DNA from: an uncultured Gammaproteobacteria bacterium
GTDB taxonomy: Bacteria; Patescibacteriota; Patescibacteriia; UBA9934; CAZDDW01
Length of the DNA: 64,000 nt
Reading direction: 5' to 3'
Assembly (NCBI GenBank): GCA_965231015.1
Contig: OZ246408.1
Coordinates: 280,158-344,157 of the forward strand
The notes below the pieces were generated by a model that worked only from the letters and a program-made list of their open reading frames with translations, was not told where the DNA came from and did no database searches. The stretch's first letter is position 1. Every line of letters begins with the position of its first letter. A program made the translations under genes and the position numbers. This document shows positions 10,081-21,640 of this stretch, piece after piece.

Positions 10081-10953
10081 CTATTTTTCTTTAGAAGCTT
10101 TAGCACTTTCAAAGACCAGATAATCAGCTGTTAAAACCAGAGGGTTAATGAGAGCAGTAACCACAATTACAATTACAGCATTTGAGATGCGGAGTAATTT
10201 TTCTGCTATTTCTATGTTTAGTCCAGCCGCTCCAGTGACAACATAATTAATAATTAGAGTGATAAAAAATTGTAGCAGGGCAAAGGCAGAGAAGAAAACT
10301 AGTTTTGGAATCACCAGTCGCCAGAACACTGGCCAGAATCGTCCTTTGACAAGATCAGAACTGTGACGGAAAGCCTTTTTGCCTTTTTCGTTTTCAAGCA
10401 CTACCGAATAACCGATGAAGAAGTATTTAATTGCCCACCAGATCACAAGGATTAATAGAGTAATAGTACCCGCTACAGCCAGGATTGAGCCGAGCAAACC
10501 AAGAATTGGTACAGTAGGAGCTAATATGGACATCAGGAGACCTGGCAGAACCAATAGTATCGGGGCCAGAATCAGTAAAGTGAACAAAATATTAACAATC
10601 AACAACGGCCAGAAGTATTTCCAGCTACCCATGGCGATTTCTTTCAAGTCAACCTTTTTTTCTTTCATTTCCGCATCAATTAGTTTGACGAGGGTAATGA
10701 AAAGCCAGATTCCGAGCACGGGTCCAACAATAAAGGAGCTAAACATGGCCAGGTATATTCCGATGTTTTCCATGGTTGAAAGTTCAACACCGGTGACCAA
10801 GTCCAAGGTGGTGGGGTAGAGCAGGAAACTGATGGTGTAGAGGGCGGCCAGAATCAGAAACCAGGCTGAGATACTCACGAGCTCTACAAAGTGCTTGCGG
10901 TAGTGTTCCCAGGCAATATCAATAATCTGTCCGACAGATAACATTTGTTTCAT
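10081..10953 (-). CDS. Multi-pass membrane protein
   Basis: About six hydrophobic segments; co-oriented between tmk and gatB. Confidence 0.8.
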   Translation of the reverse strand: MKQMLSVGQIIDIAWEHYRKHFVELVSISAWFLILAALYTISFLLYPTTLDLVTGVELSTMENIGIYLAMFSSFIVGPVLGIWLFITLVKLIDAEMKEKKVDLKEIAMGSWKYFWPLLIVNILFTLLILAPILLVLPGLLMSILAPTVPILGLLGSILAVAGTITLLILVIWWAIKYFFIGYSVVLENEKGKKAFRHSSDLVKGRFWPVFWRLVIPKLVFFSAFALLQFFITLIINYVVTGAAGLNIEIAEKLLRISNAVIVIVVTALINPLVLTADYLVFESAKASKEK

Positions 10954-10961
10954 ATTTTTGT

Positions 10962-11672
10962 TTAAATAAGTTTTTCTAAAAGTTTTATAAAATTGATTGT
11001 CATGGCTTGTTTTGGTATTCGAGTATCGAAAGTGTGAACTGAGGTTCCTTGTTTGAAAAAGATCTCGGAGTACCAGTCGGATCTATATCTTTCGGCTACT
11101 TTTTTCAAGAACTCAAGATTTTCGAAAACACCTTTTGAATCATCATCTCTGTTTTTGATGCGCTCGATAATAGCTTCTGGATCAAGGTCTGTCAGAACAA
11201 GTAAGTCAGGTTTATTTTCGAGGGCTAGCTTGTTGCCAGGCAGATTCATGACTTCGTCGAGAGTGATTGTCTCATCCATGATTGGTTGGTAGGCGATTGA
11301 AGTGGATACTGATCGGTCTTGGATGATAATTTTGTTGTCTACAAGTGCCGGCAAGATCAATCTTTTGTACATAATTAGCCGGTCGAGGGAAAGGGCTTGG
11401 GCAAGAACAATGCCCGGATACGGGTCGTCTGTTCTTGAAAGTTCGTAACGAATTGCGGCACCAGTCCATGCTTTATTTGGTTCAAAAGTGAAATAAATGT
11501 CGTAGTCTTTTACCTGGTCGTAAGTTGGTGGCTCGACGTGATCTTTGTTCCACTCAAGCAGATCAAAAATTTTATAGTCCCGCGATTCAGCCCAAAATTT
11601 AGCTGCTTTCATCAATGTTGATTTGCCTGATCCGGCAATTCCGTCAATGACAACAAATTTACTCTCTTTCAT
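10962..11672 (-). CDS. tmk: Thymidylate kinase
   Basis: IDGIAGSGKST P-loop, FEP, QDRS..TSIAYQ; context with dut, folA and thyA. Confidence 0.85.
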   Translation of the reverse strand: MKESKFVVIDGIAGSGKSTLMKAAKFWAESRDYKIFDLLEWNKDHVEPPTYDQVKDYDIYFTFEPNKAWTGAAIRYELSRTDDPYPGIVLAQALSLDRLIMYKRLILPALVDNKIIIQDRSVSTSIAYQPIMDETITLDEVMNLPGNKLALENKPDLLVLTDLDPEAIIERIKNRDDDSKGVFENLEFLKKVAERYRSDWYSEIFFKQGTSVHTFDTRIPKQAMTINFIKLLEKLI

Positions 11673-11689
11673 AGCCTAATTATAGCAAA

Positions 11690-12115
11690 TTATCCGGTAG
11701 TTCCGAAGCCGCCGCGGTTAGGGCCGGTCATTTCTTGAACTTCCTCGAATTCGGCGACTGAAATCGGAACAAACAGGCCTTGTCCAAGTCTCTCGTAAGC
11801 CTCAACTGTGTAGGGTTCACTACCGTGGTTGTGTAAAGCAAGTCGGAGCTCGTCTTCCGGTCCGCAATAGTCTTGATCAATCACCCCGACTCCGTTACCA
11901 AACGAGATTTGTTTTTTTGCGTTTGATGATCGAGGGAATAGGAGCAAGGCATGTCCTTCCGGAACGGTCATAACATAGCCAGTTTTGACGAGCTTGCTTT
12001 CGCCCGGCTCGATCGTCACTGCTTCTCGAACATGCAAATCAAAAGCAACTGAACCCGGAGTTTTGTACTCGGGCATGGGGACGTTTGGATCGATTCTTTT
12101 TATCTTTACCCTCAT
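11690..12115 (-). CDS. dut: dUTP diphosphatase
   Basis: PRSS, GVIDQDY, RGGFGTTG. Confidence 0.95.
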   Translation of the reverse strand: MRVKIKRIDPNVPMPEYKTPGSVAFDLHVREAVTIEPGESKLVKTGYVMTVPEGHALLLFPRSSNAKKQISFGNGVGVIDQDYCGPEDELRLALHNHGSEPYTVEAYERLGQGLFVPISVAEFEEVQEMTGPNRGGFGTTG

Positions 12116-12585
12116 ACTTTTTTATAAGTCACAAATTTATATCCGTCGTAGATGTCTTCTTCGGTCACTTCCCATCTCTCAGGATCGATAGTAGGGAAGT
12201 AAGTGTCACCTGCGTATTCATTATCAAGGTGAGTGATCTCGAGTTCGTCGGCCAAGTTCATACTAGCCTGATAAATTGAAGCGCCGCCGATGATAAAGAT
12301 GTGCTCGTTTTTGTGTTTGGCAACTGCGTCTTCAATGCTACTGTGTACGCGGCAACCGTTCGGGACCGGATAATCGGTTTGACGAGTTATGACGAGGCTA
12401 GTTCGATTAGGGAGTGGTTTACCAAGTCGATCCATGATCGACTCGAACGTCTTTCGGCCCATCAATACTGTATTTCCAGTGGTCAGTTTTTTGAACCGCT
12501 TCAAGTCTTCTGGTAAATGCCAGGGCAGATCATTATCTTTTCCAATAACATTATTTTTTGCTATTGCGGCAATAATCGTGATCAT
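12112..12585 (-). CDS. folA: Dihydrofolate reductase
   Basis: IGKDNDLPWHLPEDL, MGRKTFES, PLPNR, IIGGA. Confidence 0.97.
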   Translation of the reverse strand: MITIIAAIAKNNVIGKDNDLPWHLPEDLKRFKKLTTGNTVLMGRKTFESIMDRLGKPLPNRTSLVITRQTDYPVPNGCRVHSSIEDAVAKHKNEHIFIIGGASIYQASMNLADELEITHLDNEYAGDTYFPTIDPERWEVTEEDIYDGYKFVTYKKV

Positions 12586-13454
12586 ACTGCGATGTCAAAT
12601 TCAATCTTTGGATAAGATTCGTAACCAACCAGCTTAGTATTTAGTGGTTTCCAATCAAAGATCGATGTGAAGTTCTCGGTTTCAAGACGCGGGTTCGAAT
12701 ACCTTTCAGGGTCCCGAGTCAATTGCTCCTTAGCACCGTCAAGATGGTTTTCGTAAATGTGTGTATCAGCCAAGAAACCAACCAACTTTCCTTCTTCAAA
12801 GCCGGATTCTTTAGCGAGCAAGTGCAAAAGTAGGGCGTAAGAAGCAATGTTGAACGGAAGGCCGAGCATGGTATCGACTGAGCGTTGGTTCCAAAGCAAG
12901 TTAAGCTTGCCGTTGATGACGGTCACTTGGAAGGCATAGTGGCACGGAGGCAGAGCCATTTCATGTAAAAACGATGGGTTCCAGGCTGAGACGATCATGC
13001 GTCGGTCGTGCGGATTCTTCTTCAACATGTCGACCATGTTTTGTAATTGATCAACCCCTTTACCGGTATGGTCAACATTATGTCCTTCATATTCGCCATT
13101 AAAATTTCGCCATTGAAAACCGTAAATCGGACCCAGATCTCGTTCCTCCATCATGCGACGTTTTGATTCCTCGTCGTGCCCATACGGTGCTTTCTTTGGT
13201 GTTGCCCATTCATCCCAAATATGATTTTTCCGTTTTTGTAACCAGTGTTTATCCGTAATGCCATTGATAAAAAAAGCCAGCTCTGTGGCAATACATTTGA
13301 ACGGCATCTTTTTTGTAGTCAAAAGTGGGAAGCCTTCGGACATGTCATGTTCAAACATGGCTCCGGCTACGGCCATGGTGTCGATTCCGGTGCGATTTTC
13401 TTTACGTTCCCCCTTTTCTAGGACAGTTTTAACAATGTCTAGGTATCCTTTCAT
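12582..13454 (-). CDS. thyA: Thymidylate synthase
   Basis: RTG, FPLLTTKK, LGPIYGFQWR, ALPPCH, QRSVD, PFNIASY; likely start 13454. Confidence 0.97.
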   Translation of the reverse strand: MKGYLDIVKTVLEKGERKENRTGIDTMAVAGAMFEHDMSEGFPLLTTKKMPFKCIATELAFFINGITDKHWLQKRKNHIWDEWATPKKAPYGHDEESKRRMMEERDLGPIYGFQWRNFNGEYEGHNVDHTGKGVDQLQNMVDMLKKNPHDRRMIVSAWNPSFLHEMALPPCHYAFQVTVINGKLNLLWNQRSVDTMLGLPFNIASYALLLHLLAKESGFEEGKLVGFLADTHIYENHLDGAKEQLTRDPERYSNPRLETENFTSIFDWKPLNTKLVGYESYPKIEFDIAV

Positions 13455-13567
13455 AGCAATTTTATTACATATAACGTCCTTACAATTTAGCAGAAAACGG
13501 CTCTGAAAACAAACCAAAAAACCACAGGTTTTACACCTATGGTTTTGGTTTATTTTTAGGTAAATAT

Positions 13568-14173
13568 TTATTTCGCCACCTGTATTTCTCCAGCTTCGAT
13601 CTTGGCAATAAATTCGGCAATTTTGGTTTGGTATTCTTCAAGCGTGCCGTCGTTCACGATATAGTAATCTGCCATAGCAATCGGCCCGCCTTTTTCAATG
13701 TTCTCAATTTCAGCCTTGTCTCGGGCTTTGGCTTCGTCGCGTGAAAATTTCCGGTTTCTCAGGTCTGGATCATCTGCTCCTGAAACGCGAGCCTCGAGCC
13801 GTTGATACCGCAGTTCTGGCGGAGTTGCGATCGCGACCACAATCATGTTCTCGCCATACTTTTCTCGCAAAACTTTGTACTCTGACCAGCTGTAGAGCCC
13901 ATCACCAACCACATTGCCTTTTTCAAGTTCGGCATCAAACTTCGGCATGTTCAGAATTGCAAAAGCGGCCATGCCATGTTCAGCTCGGAATCCCTCACGA
14001 ATCTCTTTTTCAAGGGCCTCACTTGGTTCTTCACCCCTGCGCTTTACCTCATCGAGTGTGATTTGCCCAAAACGAATAAACTCAAATCCTTTTTCAACTA
14101 ACGCATCAGCCAGAACACTTTTTCCAGCCCCACACATTCCGACAATACAAACTAACTTATTCATATTATTCAA
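13568..14173 (-). CDS. P-loop nucleotide kinase (dephospho-CoA/NMP kinase-like)
   Basis: GMCGAGKS, DG, RDxxE, ADYYIVNDG. Confidence 0.75.
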   Translation of the reverse strand: MNNMNKLVCIVGMCGAGKSVLADALVEKGFEFIRFGQITLDEVKRRGEEPSEALEKEIREGFRAEHGMAAFAILNMPKFDAELEKGNVVGDGLYSWSEYKVLREKYGENMIVVAIATPPELRYQRLEARVSGADDPDLRNRKFSRDEAKARDKAEIENIEKGGPIAMADYYIVNDGTLEEYQTKIAEFIAKIEAGEIQVAK

Positions 14174-14642
14174 CCGGTTTTAGTTCCTTAGATTCATATT
14201 GGTGGTACTTGACTCCAGCCATGTCGAGCATGCGTCGTGAGGCCTGACAGATTTCAGTATCATGATATTTGTCACTGGCGTAAATTACCTCTGTGATTCC
14301 ATTCTGAATAATAGTTTTAGTGCATTCGTTGCAGGGGAACAATGTGCAGTAGATTTTACAACCGTTAGTTTTTGCATTTGAGTTATAAATGGCATTTTCT
14401 TCTGCGTGACAAACGTAGGCGTACTTGGTTTCTAAAAATCCCCCTTCGCGAGACCATGGTAATTCGTCGTCTGAACAACCTCGTGGAAAACCGTTGTAGC
14501 CGAGCCCGACAACCACTTGATCTGGGTTAACCACGACTGCACCGGCCTGGGTACTTGGATCTTTTGATCGATCCGCCATTACGTGGGCAATTCGCATGAA
14601 GCATTCGTCCCATGAGATGTAATCTTGTCTTTTTTCATTCAT
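14166..14642 (-). CDS. dCMP deaminase (ComEB/DCTD family)
   Basis: RSKDPSTQ, GYNG, HAEEN, PCNEC zinc motifs. Confidence 0.93.
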   Translation of the reverse strand: MNEKRQDYISWDECFMRIAHVMADRSKDPSTQAGAVVVNPDQVVVGLGYNGFPRGCSDDELPWSREGGFLETKYAYVCHAEENAIYNSNAKTNGCKIYCTLFPCNECTKTIIQNGITEVIYASDKYHDTEICQASRRMLDMAGVKYHQYESKELKPVE

Positions 14643-14751
14643 AGCAATTGTTTAATTCTCCTCTAATTTAACAGATTAGGCGGGGAGAGGCAAATCAAAA
14701 GACCCGCCGTTTAAGCGAGTCCCTGATCCTTTATACTTTGTCCGCTGTCCT

Positions 14752-15429
14752 TTATTCAACCTCGAGCTTGATACTTGGTCCCATGCTGGTGGTAAGATAC
14801 ATTGCCTTGAGGTAGATCCCCTTGGCTGTGGCTGGTTTGGCCTTTTTAACAGCGTCCATCATGGCATCGAAGTTGGCTTTGATTTCACCTTCATCCTGTG
14901 AGACCTTTCCGATTTTCACATGCAGGTTGCCGCCGTTGTCATTACGGAAACTCAACTTTCCGGCCTTCTGCTCCTTGATCATTTTTTCCAGGTCGTCACT
15001 GACGGTATCAGTCTTTGGATTTGGCATTAATCCTTTTGGGCCCAATACTCTTGCCGCTTTGGCAACTTTTGGCATCATGCTTGGTGTTGCTACCATGACA
15101 TCGAAGTCAGCTTTTCCTGTTTTAACAATCTCGTTGATAATATCTTCACCACCAGCCATATCAGCTCCGGCCTTTTTGGCAGCATTTACTTTATCGTCTT
15201 CTACGATAGCGGCTACACGTTTACTCTCACCTTTCATGTGGGGAAGAGCAATAGTACCACGAACGATCTGGTCGGTTTTTTCAACATCGATTCCGAGTCG
15301 AATATGTAGTTCGATTGAGGCATCAAACTTCACGGTGGAAGTTTCTTTGGAGAGCTTAATCGCTTCATCAATGGCGTAATTTTTGTCCTCTTCAAGTTTA
15401 GCCTTGGCCTCCTTGATTCGCTTTGACAT
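14752..15429 (-). CDS. rplA: 50S ribosomal protein L1
   Basis: KFDAS, LGPKGLMPNPK, TTSMGPS. Confidence 0.98.
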   Translation of the reverse strand: MSKRIKEAKAKLEEDKNYAIDEAIKLSKETSTVKFDASIELHIRLGIDVEKTDQIVRGTIALPHMKGESKRVAAIVEDDKVNAAKKAGADMAGGEDIINEIVKTGKADFDVMVATPSMMPKVAKAARVLGPKGLMPNPKTDTVSDDLEKMIKEQKAGKLSFRNDNGGNLHVKIGKVSQDEGEIKANFDAMMDAVKKAKPATAKGIYLKAMYLTTSMGPSIKLEVE

Positions 15430-15435
15430 ATGTTT

Positions 15436-15467
15436 TGTGGTGCAGTCGACCTAAACGGCCTCCCACA
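15436..15467 (-). promoter_or_regulatory. Probable L1 autogenous binding site upstream of rplA
   Basis: Minus strand TGTGGGAGGCCG-TTTA-GGTCGACTGCACCACA directly before the ATG, resembling the GUGGGAG..ACCAC L1 operator. Confidence 0.6.
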
Positions 15468-15471
15468 GGTT

Positions 15472-15584
15472 AATTTTCAATTTTGCAATTTTCAATTTTC
15501 AGTTTTCATTGAATTTTCAAATCCCATTTTCAATTTGGTCATTGGATATTCAATCGAAAATTGTAAAATTAAACATTGTAAATT
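15472..15584. repeat. Degenerate AATTTTC/GAAAATT heptamer array between rplK and rplA
   Basis: Tandem AATTTTC-like units followed by inverted GAAAATT-like units. Confidence 0.75.
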
Positions 15585-16002
15585 ATTTCACCTCCACTCC
15601 CATCTGACGAGCGGTTCCGGCAATAATTTTAGCGCCTTGCTCCAGGTCGTCGGTGTTAAGGTCTGGCATCTTCTTTTCAGCGATTTCTTTAGCTTGATCC
15701 CAAGTAATTGAGCCAACTTTATCTGAAAGTGGCTTTCCCGAACCCTTTTTAAGTCCAGCCGCTTTCATGATGAGAGCTGAAGCCGGAGGGGTCTTGGTGA
15801 CAAAACTAAATGATCGATCTTCATACACGGTAATCACTACCGGCACAATATCCCCCTTTTTGTCCTGGGTTGCAGCATTAAACTGAGTACAGAAATCCTG
15901 AATGTTCAGTCCATGCTGACCAAGAGCTGGTCCAACAGGTGGTGCTGGGTTAGCTCCGCCGGCTGGAATCTGTAATTTGATTTGGGTTAGTACTTTTGGC
16001 AT
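15583..16002 (-). CDS. rplK: 50S ribosomal protein L11
   Basis: [22 protein letters not shown]. Confidence 0.98.
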   Translation of the reverse strand: MPKVLTQIKLQIPAGGANPAPPVGPALGQHGLNIQDFCTQFNAATQDKKGDIVPVVITVYEDRSFSFVTKTPPASALIMKAAGLKKGSGKPLSDKVGSITWDQAKEIAEKKMPDLNTDDLEQGAKIIAGTARQMGVEVK

Positions 16003-16033
16003 AGAATAGATTTAATATGCGTAACAGCTCAAA

Positions 16034-16579
16034 TTAAATCTTTTTAATCTGTAAGAAGTCGAGTTCCACCGGAGTCTCACGACCAAACATACTGACGAGA
16101 ACCTTGATCTTGCCGCGGGCTTCATCGATTTCATCAACCTTGCCCTCGAAGTTCTTAAACGGTCCGTCAATGATGTTGACCGGGTCGCCCGGTTCGACAT
16201 CAACTTTATATTCTGGTTCCTCAACACCCATTCGCTTCTGAAGTGAAGCAATTTCTTCAGGGGCGAGCGGTGTTGGAATGGTTCCAGTTCCAATGAATCC
16301 AGTTACGTTTGGTGTATTTCGCACCACGTACCAAGAGTCATCGGTTACTACCATCTCCACCAGCACGTAGCCGGGGAAGATTTTTTCTTCAACAATCTTT
16401 CGCTTTCCGTTTCGAATCTTAATCTTTTTTTCCTTCGGGATCAAAACATTAAAAATTTTATCCTCCATGTCCATGGATTCAATACGTTGGTGTAAGTTTT
16501 CTGAAACGTTTTCTTCGTATCCTGAGTAGGTGTGAATGGCATACCAACGTCGGCCTTGTTTTGCTGTTTGTTTTGGCAT
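16034..16579 (-). CDS. nusG: Transcription elongation factor NusG
   Basis: WYAIHTYSGYE, FPGYVLV, KOW motif, MFGRETPVEL. Confidence 0.98.
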   Translation of the reverse strand: MPKQTAKQGRRWYAIHTYSGYEENVSENLHQRIESMDMEDKIFNVLIPKEKKIKIRNGKRKIVEEKIFPGYVLVEMVVTDDSWYVVRNTPNVTGFIGTGTIPTPLAPEEIASLQKRMGVEEPEYKVDVEPGDPVNIIDGPFKNFEGKVDEIDEARGKIKVLVSMFGRETPVELDFLQIKKI

Positions 16580-16591
16580 ATGTGTAGGGCG

Positions 16592-16654
16592 CGTCGCACG
16601 TTGCTCGTGGCACGTCGTCTCAGAACGACGAGCGATTTGCGACGAGCGATTTGC
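16592..16654. repeat. Heptamer-built palindromic element (CGCACGT/ACGAGCG family), intergenic copy
   Basis: CGTCGCACGT TGCTCGT GGCACGT CGTCTCAGAACG ACGAGCG ATTTGCG ACGAGCG ATTTGC; closely related copy at 30177-30243. Confidence 0.8.
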
Positions 16655-16851
16655 TAAATATTTATCAATGCGTTCAGACCCTGGTTAAACAACCAGTCCA
16701 GAACGAAAAAGAAAACCCCAACTGCCAAACTAATCCCAATAACCATCAGGGAGTAGCGGGTGGTATCTTTGCGGTTTGGCCAGGTAACTTTACTAAGTTC
16801 CTGCTTTGACTCACTAAAGTATGAGACAATTTTTTGGGCAAAATTAGCCAT
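16654..16851 (-). CDS. secE: Preprotein translocase subunit SecE
   Basis: ELSKVTWP plus one transmembrane helix; upstream of nusG. Confidence 0.95.
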   Translation of the reverse strand: MANFAQKIVSYFSESKQELSKVTWPNRKDTTRYSLMVIGISLAVGVFFFVLDWLFNQGLNALINI

Positions 16852-17030
16852 AAATACAGTTTTTTCTATCTTAAAACCCCCTTCGGGGGGTCAGTTGCAC
16901 GTAAACTATAATATATATACGATTTTTTGGCAAGTTTCAGATCAATATCCACATTTCGTACACAACGAGCTTAAGCTTCCCGTGTTATACTTTAAGCACA
17001 AGGACAAAACGCTAAGCAAGGAGGGATCCT

Positions 17031-17420
17031 GTGCTGGCTCTGCTCATTGAACGCATAGAACGCACAACCGAGGAGTGTCTGACGCTTTCGAGCGATCCGG
17101 ACTCTGAAGAAGAGCTGCCTTTCACTCGGGTGATCATCAACAACGAGCCCACCAGGAATATGGTGGAGGGGATTGGTGGATTTATCGCGGAAAAAACCGG
17201 TCAAGAGCCCCAGATCGTCAGACCCGACAGTAAAACCTGGTTCGGGTTCACCTTTCCTGACGAGGAAGCCATCAACATTCGGGAGCTGTATCAGCAGTTT
17301 CGGACGGCCTTCCCCCCGGATGGGAAGTACAGCATCAGAATGATCGAACTCGACATGGCAACCCCAGAGGAAATCTCATTGAGTCTTTCACAGGGAATCG
17401 ATCTTGATCTTGGGGCGTGA
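17031..17420 (+). CDS. Hypothetical protein (solitary gene)
   Basis: AAGGAGG Shine-Dalgarno before a GTG start; 129 aa. Confidence 0.7.
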   Translation: MLALLIERIERTTEECLTLSSDPDSEEELPFTRVIINNEPTRNMVEGIGGFIAEKTGQEPQIVRPDSKTWFGFTFPDEEAINIRELYQQFRTAFPPDGKYSIRMIELDMATPEEISLSLSQGIDLDLGA

Positions 17421-17491
17421 TGCGTCGTAAAGAGTGATGTTAGGAGGACGTCTGCATTACTCTTTTTTGTTTTTGAACAACCCTTTGGTTT

Positions 17492-18319
17492 CTAGTACAC
17501 AACAATACTGCCACAGGTGTGAGTTTCCGGAGCAGTGGTGTCGGTTGCGTTGTGGCAAGAGTAGTGATAAAAACCCATTTCTGAAAATTTAATTACCCAG
17601 TCAGCCCCACCTTCAATCACTCCACTGCCCCAGGTTCCAGAGTCTCCGGTCAGAACTACCTCAGGTATCCAGTCAGATGAGTTGTTTATAAAATGAACCG
17701 GTTCCCCAACCTTAACGGAAACATAATTATTTGAAACATATATGTTTCGAGTTTCTTCCTGAGTTAGAATTTCCACTTGTTCTGGAGAAAGCAAATTCTT
17801 GTCTTCATCAATTGATTTTGCGGTTTCATCATCAAATTCTAAGTTGGGATTGAAGATGTCAACCGGAATACCAATAGTATACCCGGCAAAAACCGTATCC
17901 GGTAAATCAATGATTCGGTCAGCCCAATTGTCTCCTCCAAGAGACTCGGCCGCTGCTTCAGTGGGAATCCAGTGCAAAAAACCACCATTTGAAACAGCAT
18001 AGACTTTTGGATCGGATTGAATTTTAACCCAGGTTTCACCGTCAGGGTTCACGGTGACCAGACCGCCGATTGGTGTTTGGTTAATGATTTCATTTTCAAC
18101 CGAGACCACGTTATCAAAATCATCGTACCAACTTAAAAAAGTGGCTTCGTTTGGAAAAATATAACGATGGTAGTCTTCGCCAAGGTAGAAGAGCGAAGAC
18201 GAATTATCAGTTTGGTAAACAGTACCTGGGATTAATATTTCGTCAAAGGCGAGGGTGGTGCTTGGGGCGAGCATTAGCAAAACAAAAATTAAGCCTGTAA
18301 CGGTTTTTATTACGTGCAT
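17492..18319 (-). CDS. Secreted protein with C-terminal cupredoxin-like domain
   Basis: Signal peptide; internal ~65-aa repeat-like units; VKVGEPVHFIN and GFYHYSCH...GSIVV; likely start 18319. Confidence 0.65.
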   Translation of the reverse strand: MHVIKTVTGLIFVLLMLAPSTTLAFDEILIPGTVYQTDNSSSLFYLGEDYHRYIFPNEATFLSWYDDFDNVVSVENEIINQTPIGGLVTVNPDGETWVKIQSDPKVYAVSNGGFLHWIPTEAAAESLGGDNWADRIIDLPDTVFAGYTIGIPVDIFNPNLEFDDETAKSIDEDKNLLSPEQVEILTQEETRNIYVSNNYVSVKVGEPVHFINNSSDWIPEVVLTGDSGTWGSGVIEGGADWVIKFSEMGFYHYSCHNATDTTAPETHTCGSIVVY

Positions 18320-18323
18320 ATTA

Positions 18324-20417
<2,094 letters not shown>

Positions 20418-20561
20418 CTAAAAAATTCCACGTATTTTTCAAATTTAAACTGACCTTATTTTACCATGAATCAATGTTTCTGGGAAGGGGTGTTAGTACT
20501 TGACATAAGGACGGTTTTCTGGTTAAATATCTTCTTCATGTAAGGGATAGGAGGCTCCAAG

Positions 20562-20921
20562 ATGGAGTTCAAATATATTGATAAGTTTTACCATTCTTTC
20601 GAAGAAACCAGGCTGAAGACGACCCTGTCAGGTGACGAGCGTGGTTTGCACCTGTTGAATCGGATGGGGAGTTTGGCCGAGGGTATCGTTCGGGACAACT
20701 TGTCTCACGGCATGTCGGGGCTACTCGATACTCCGCATGACACCTCGGCCAGTCAGGGTCGGATCAACCAGTTCTTGGAGATCATTCTTTGTGTCAAGGA
20801 TCATTTTGGCTCTTCGGCTCCGGCTTTGGTGGCCCATCTTGATTCAAGCGACACAAGGGGTTTGGCCGACCTGGTTTACACACTCGATCGCGGATCATTA
20901 GGTCCGCGTCGGAATCTCTAG
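20562..20921 (+). CDS. Hypothetical protein (solitary gene)
   Basis: TTGACA at 20500, AGGAGG Shine-Dalgarno, downstream hairpin. Confidence 0.65.
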   Translation: MEFKYIDKFYHSFEETRLKTTLSGDERGLHLLNRMGSLAEGIVRDNLSHGMSGLLDTPHDTSASQGRINQFLEIILCVKDHFGSSAPALVAHLDSSDTRGLADLVYTLDRGSLGPRRNL

Positions 20922-20961
20922 CGGATCGCTTTCTTTACAAGCGGTCCGCTCTTTCGTATCA

Positions 20962-21603
20962 TTGATATGTATGAGAAAAGAAGGTCAATTTGAACAAGTG
21001 GTCGATAATTTTAAGGAAACTCCCCGTGTTTTGGTTAGACACCTAACCAGTGTCATTGATCAGGTTAAATCAATCAACCCATCTCAAGACGCCACCGGGG
21101 AAGAACGAAGGGAATTGCAAAAGATGAAAGAAGATTTTTTTAAATCTGTGCATGATGCAATTATGGCCGCGAAAAATTATGGTCAGGCTAAAGCACAACA
21201 TGTCCATGATGTTCAGTATTACCGATATTTGTTGAATGAGCCGGGGCCGGAAGCTCGGTCGAGGTATAAAAAACACATCACAAATGCTGATTCTCGTCGT
21301 CGCACAGCGCATGAAAGAATGATGAGCGAGTTTAATCGTGCCAACCGTTTAGCTAAATTGTTTTTTGATGCCTCAGTTGATCCGGATGAAATTCCTGAAC
21401 AATTTTCTAAAATTAAAGATAGGGTCTTGGAGACTGATTTTGAGAGAGTGGGTTTGCCAAAGAATATTTTTACCCCAAATTCAATCGGCTTAACAACACG
21501 TGAACGCTATGCAGAGGTTGCTGACGGATTAATTGAGGGCTTGGTGGATAAAGAAGAATTATTTGAAAATTTGAAAAAGGGGATTGAGAAGCAAGATCTG
21601 TGA
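20962..21603 (+). CDS. Hypothetical helical protein
   Basis: 213-aa ORF filling the gap; exact start uncertain (probably ATG 20971). Confidence 0.7.
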   Translation: MICMRKEGQFEQVVDNFKETPRVLVRHLTSVIDQVKSINPSQDATGEERRELQKMKEDFFKSVHDAIMAAKNYGQAKAQHVHDVQYYRYLLNEPGPEARSRYKKHITNADSRRRTAHERMMSEFNRANRLAKLFFDASVDPDEIPEQFSKIKDRVLETDFERVGLPKNIFTPNSIGLTTRERYAEVADGLIEGLVDKEELFENLKKGIEKQDL

Positions 21604-21640
21604 TTGCTCGGTCAAACCTAGACTGCTATAATGCTTGCGT

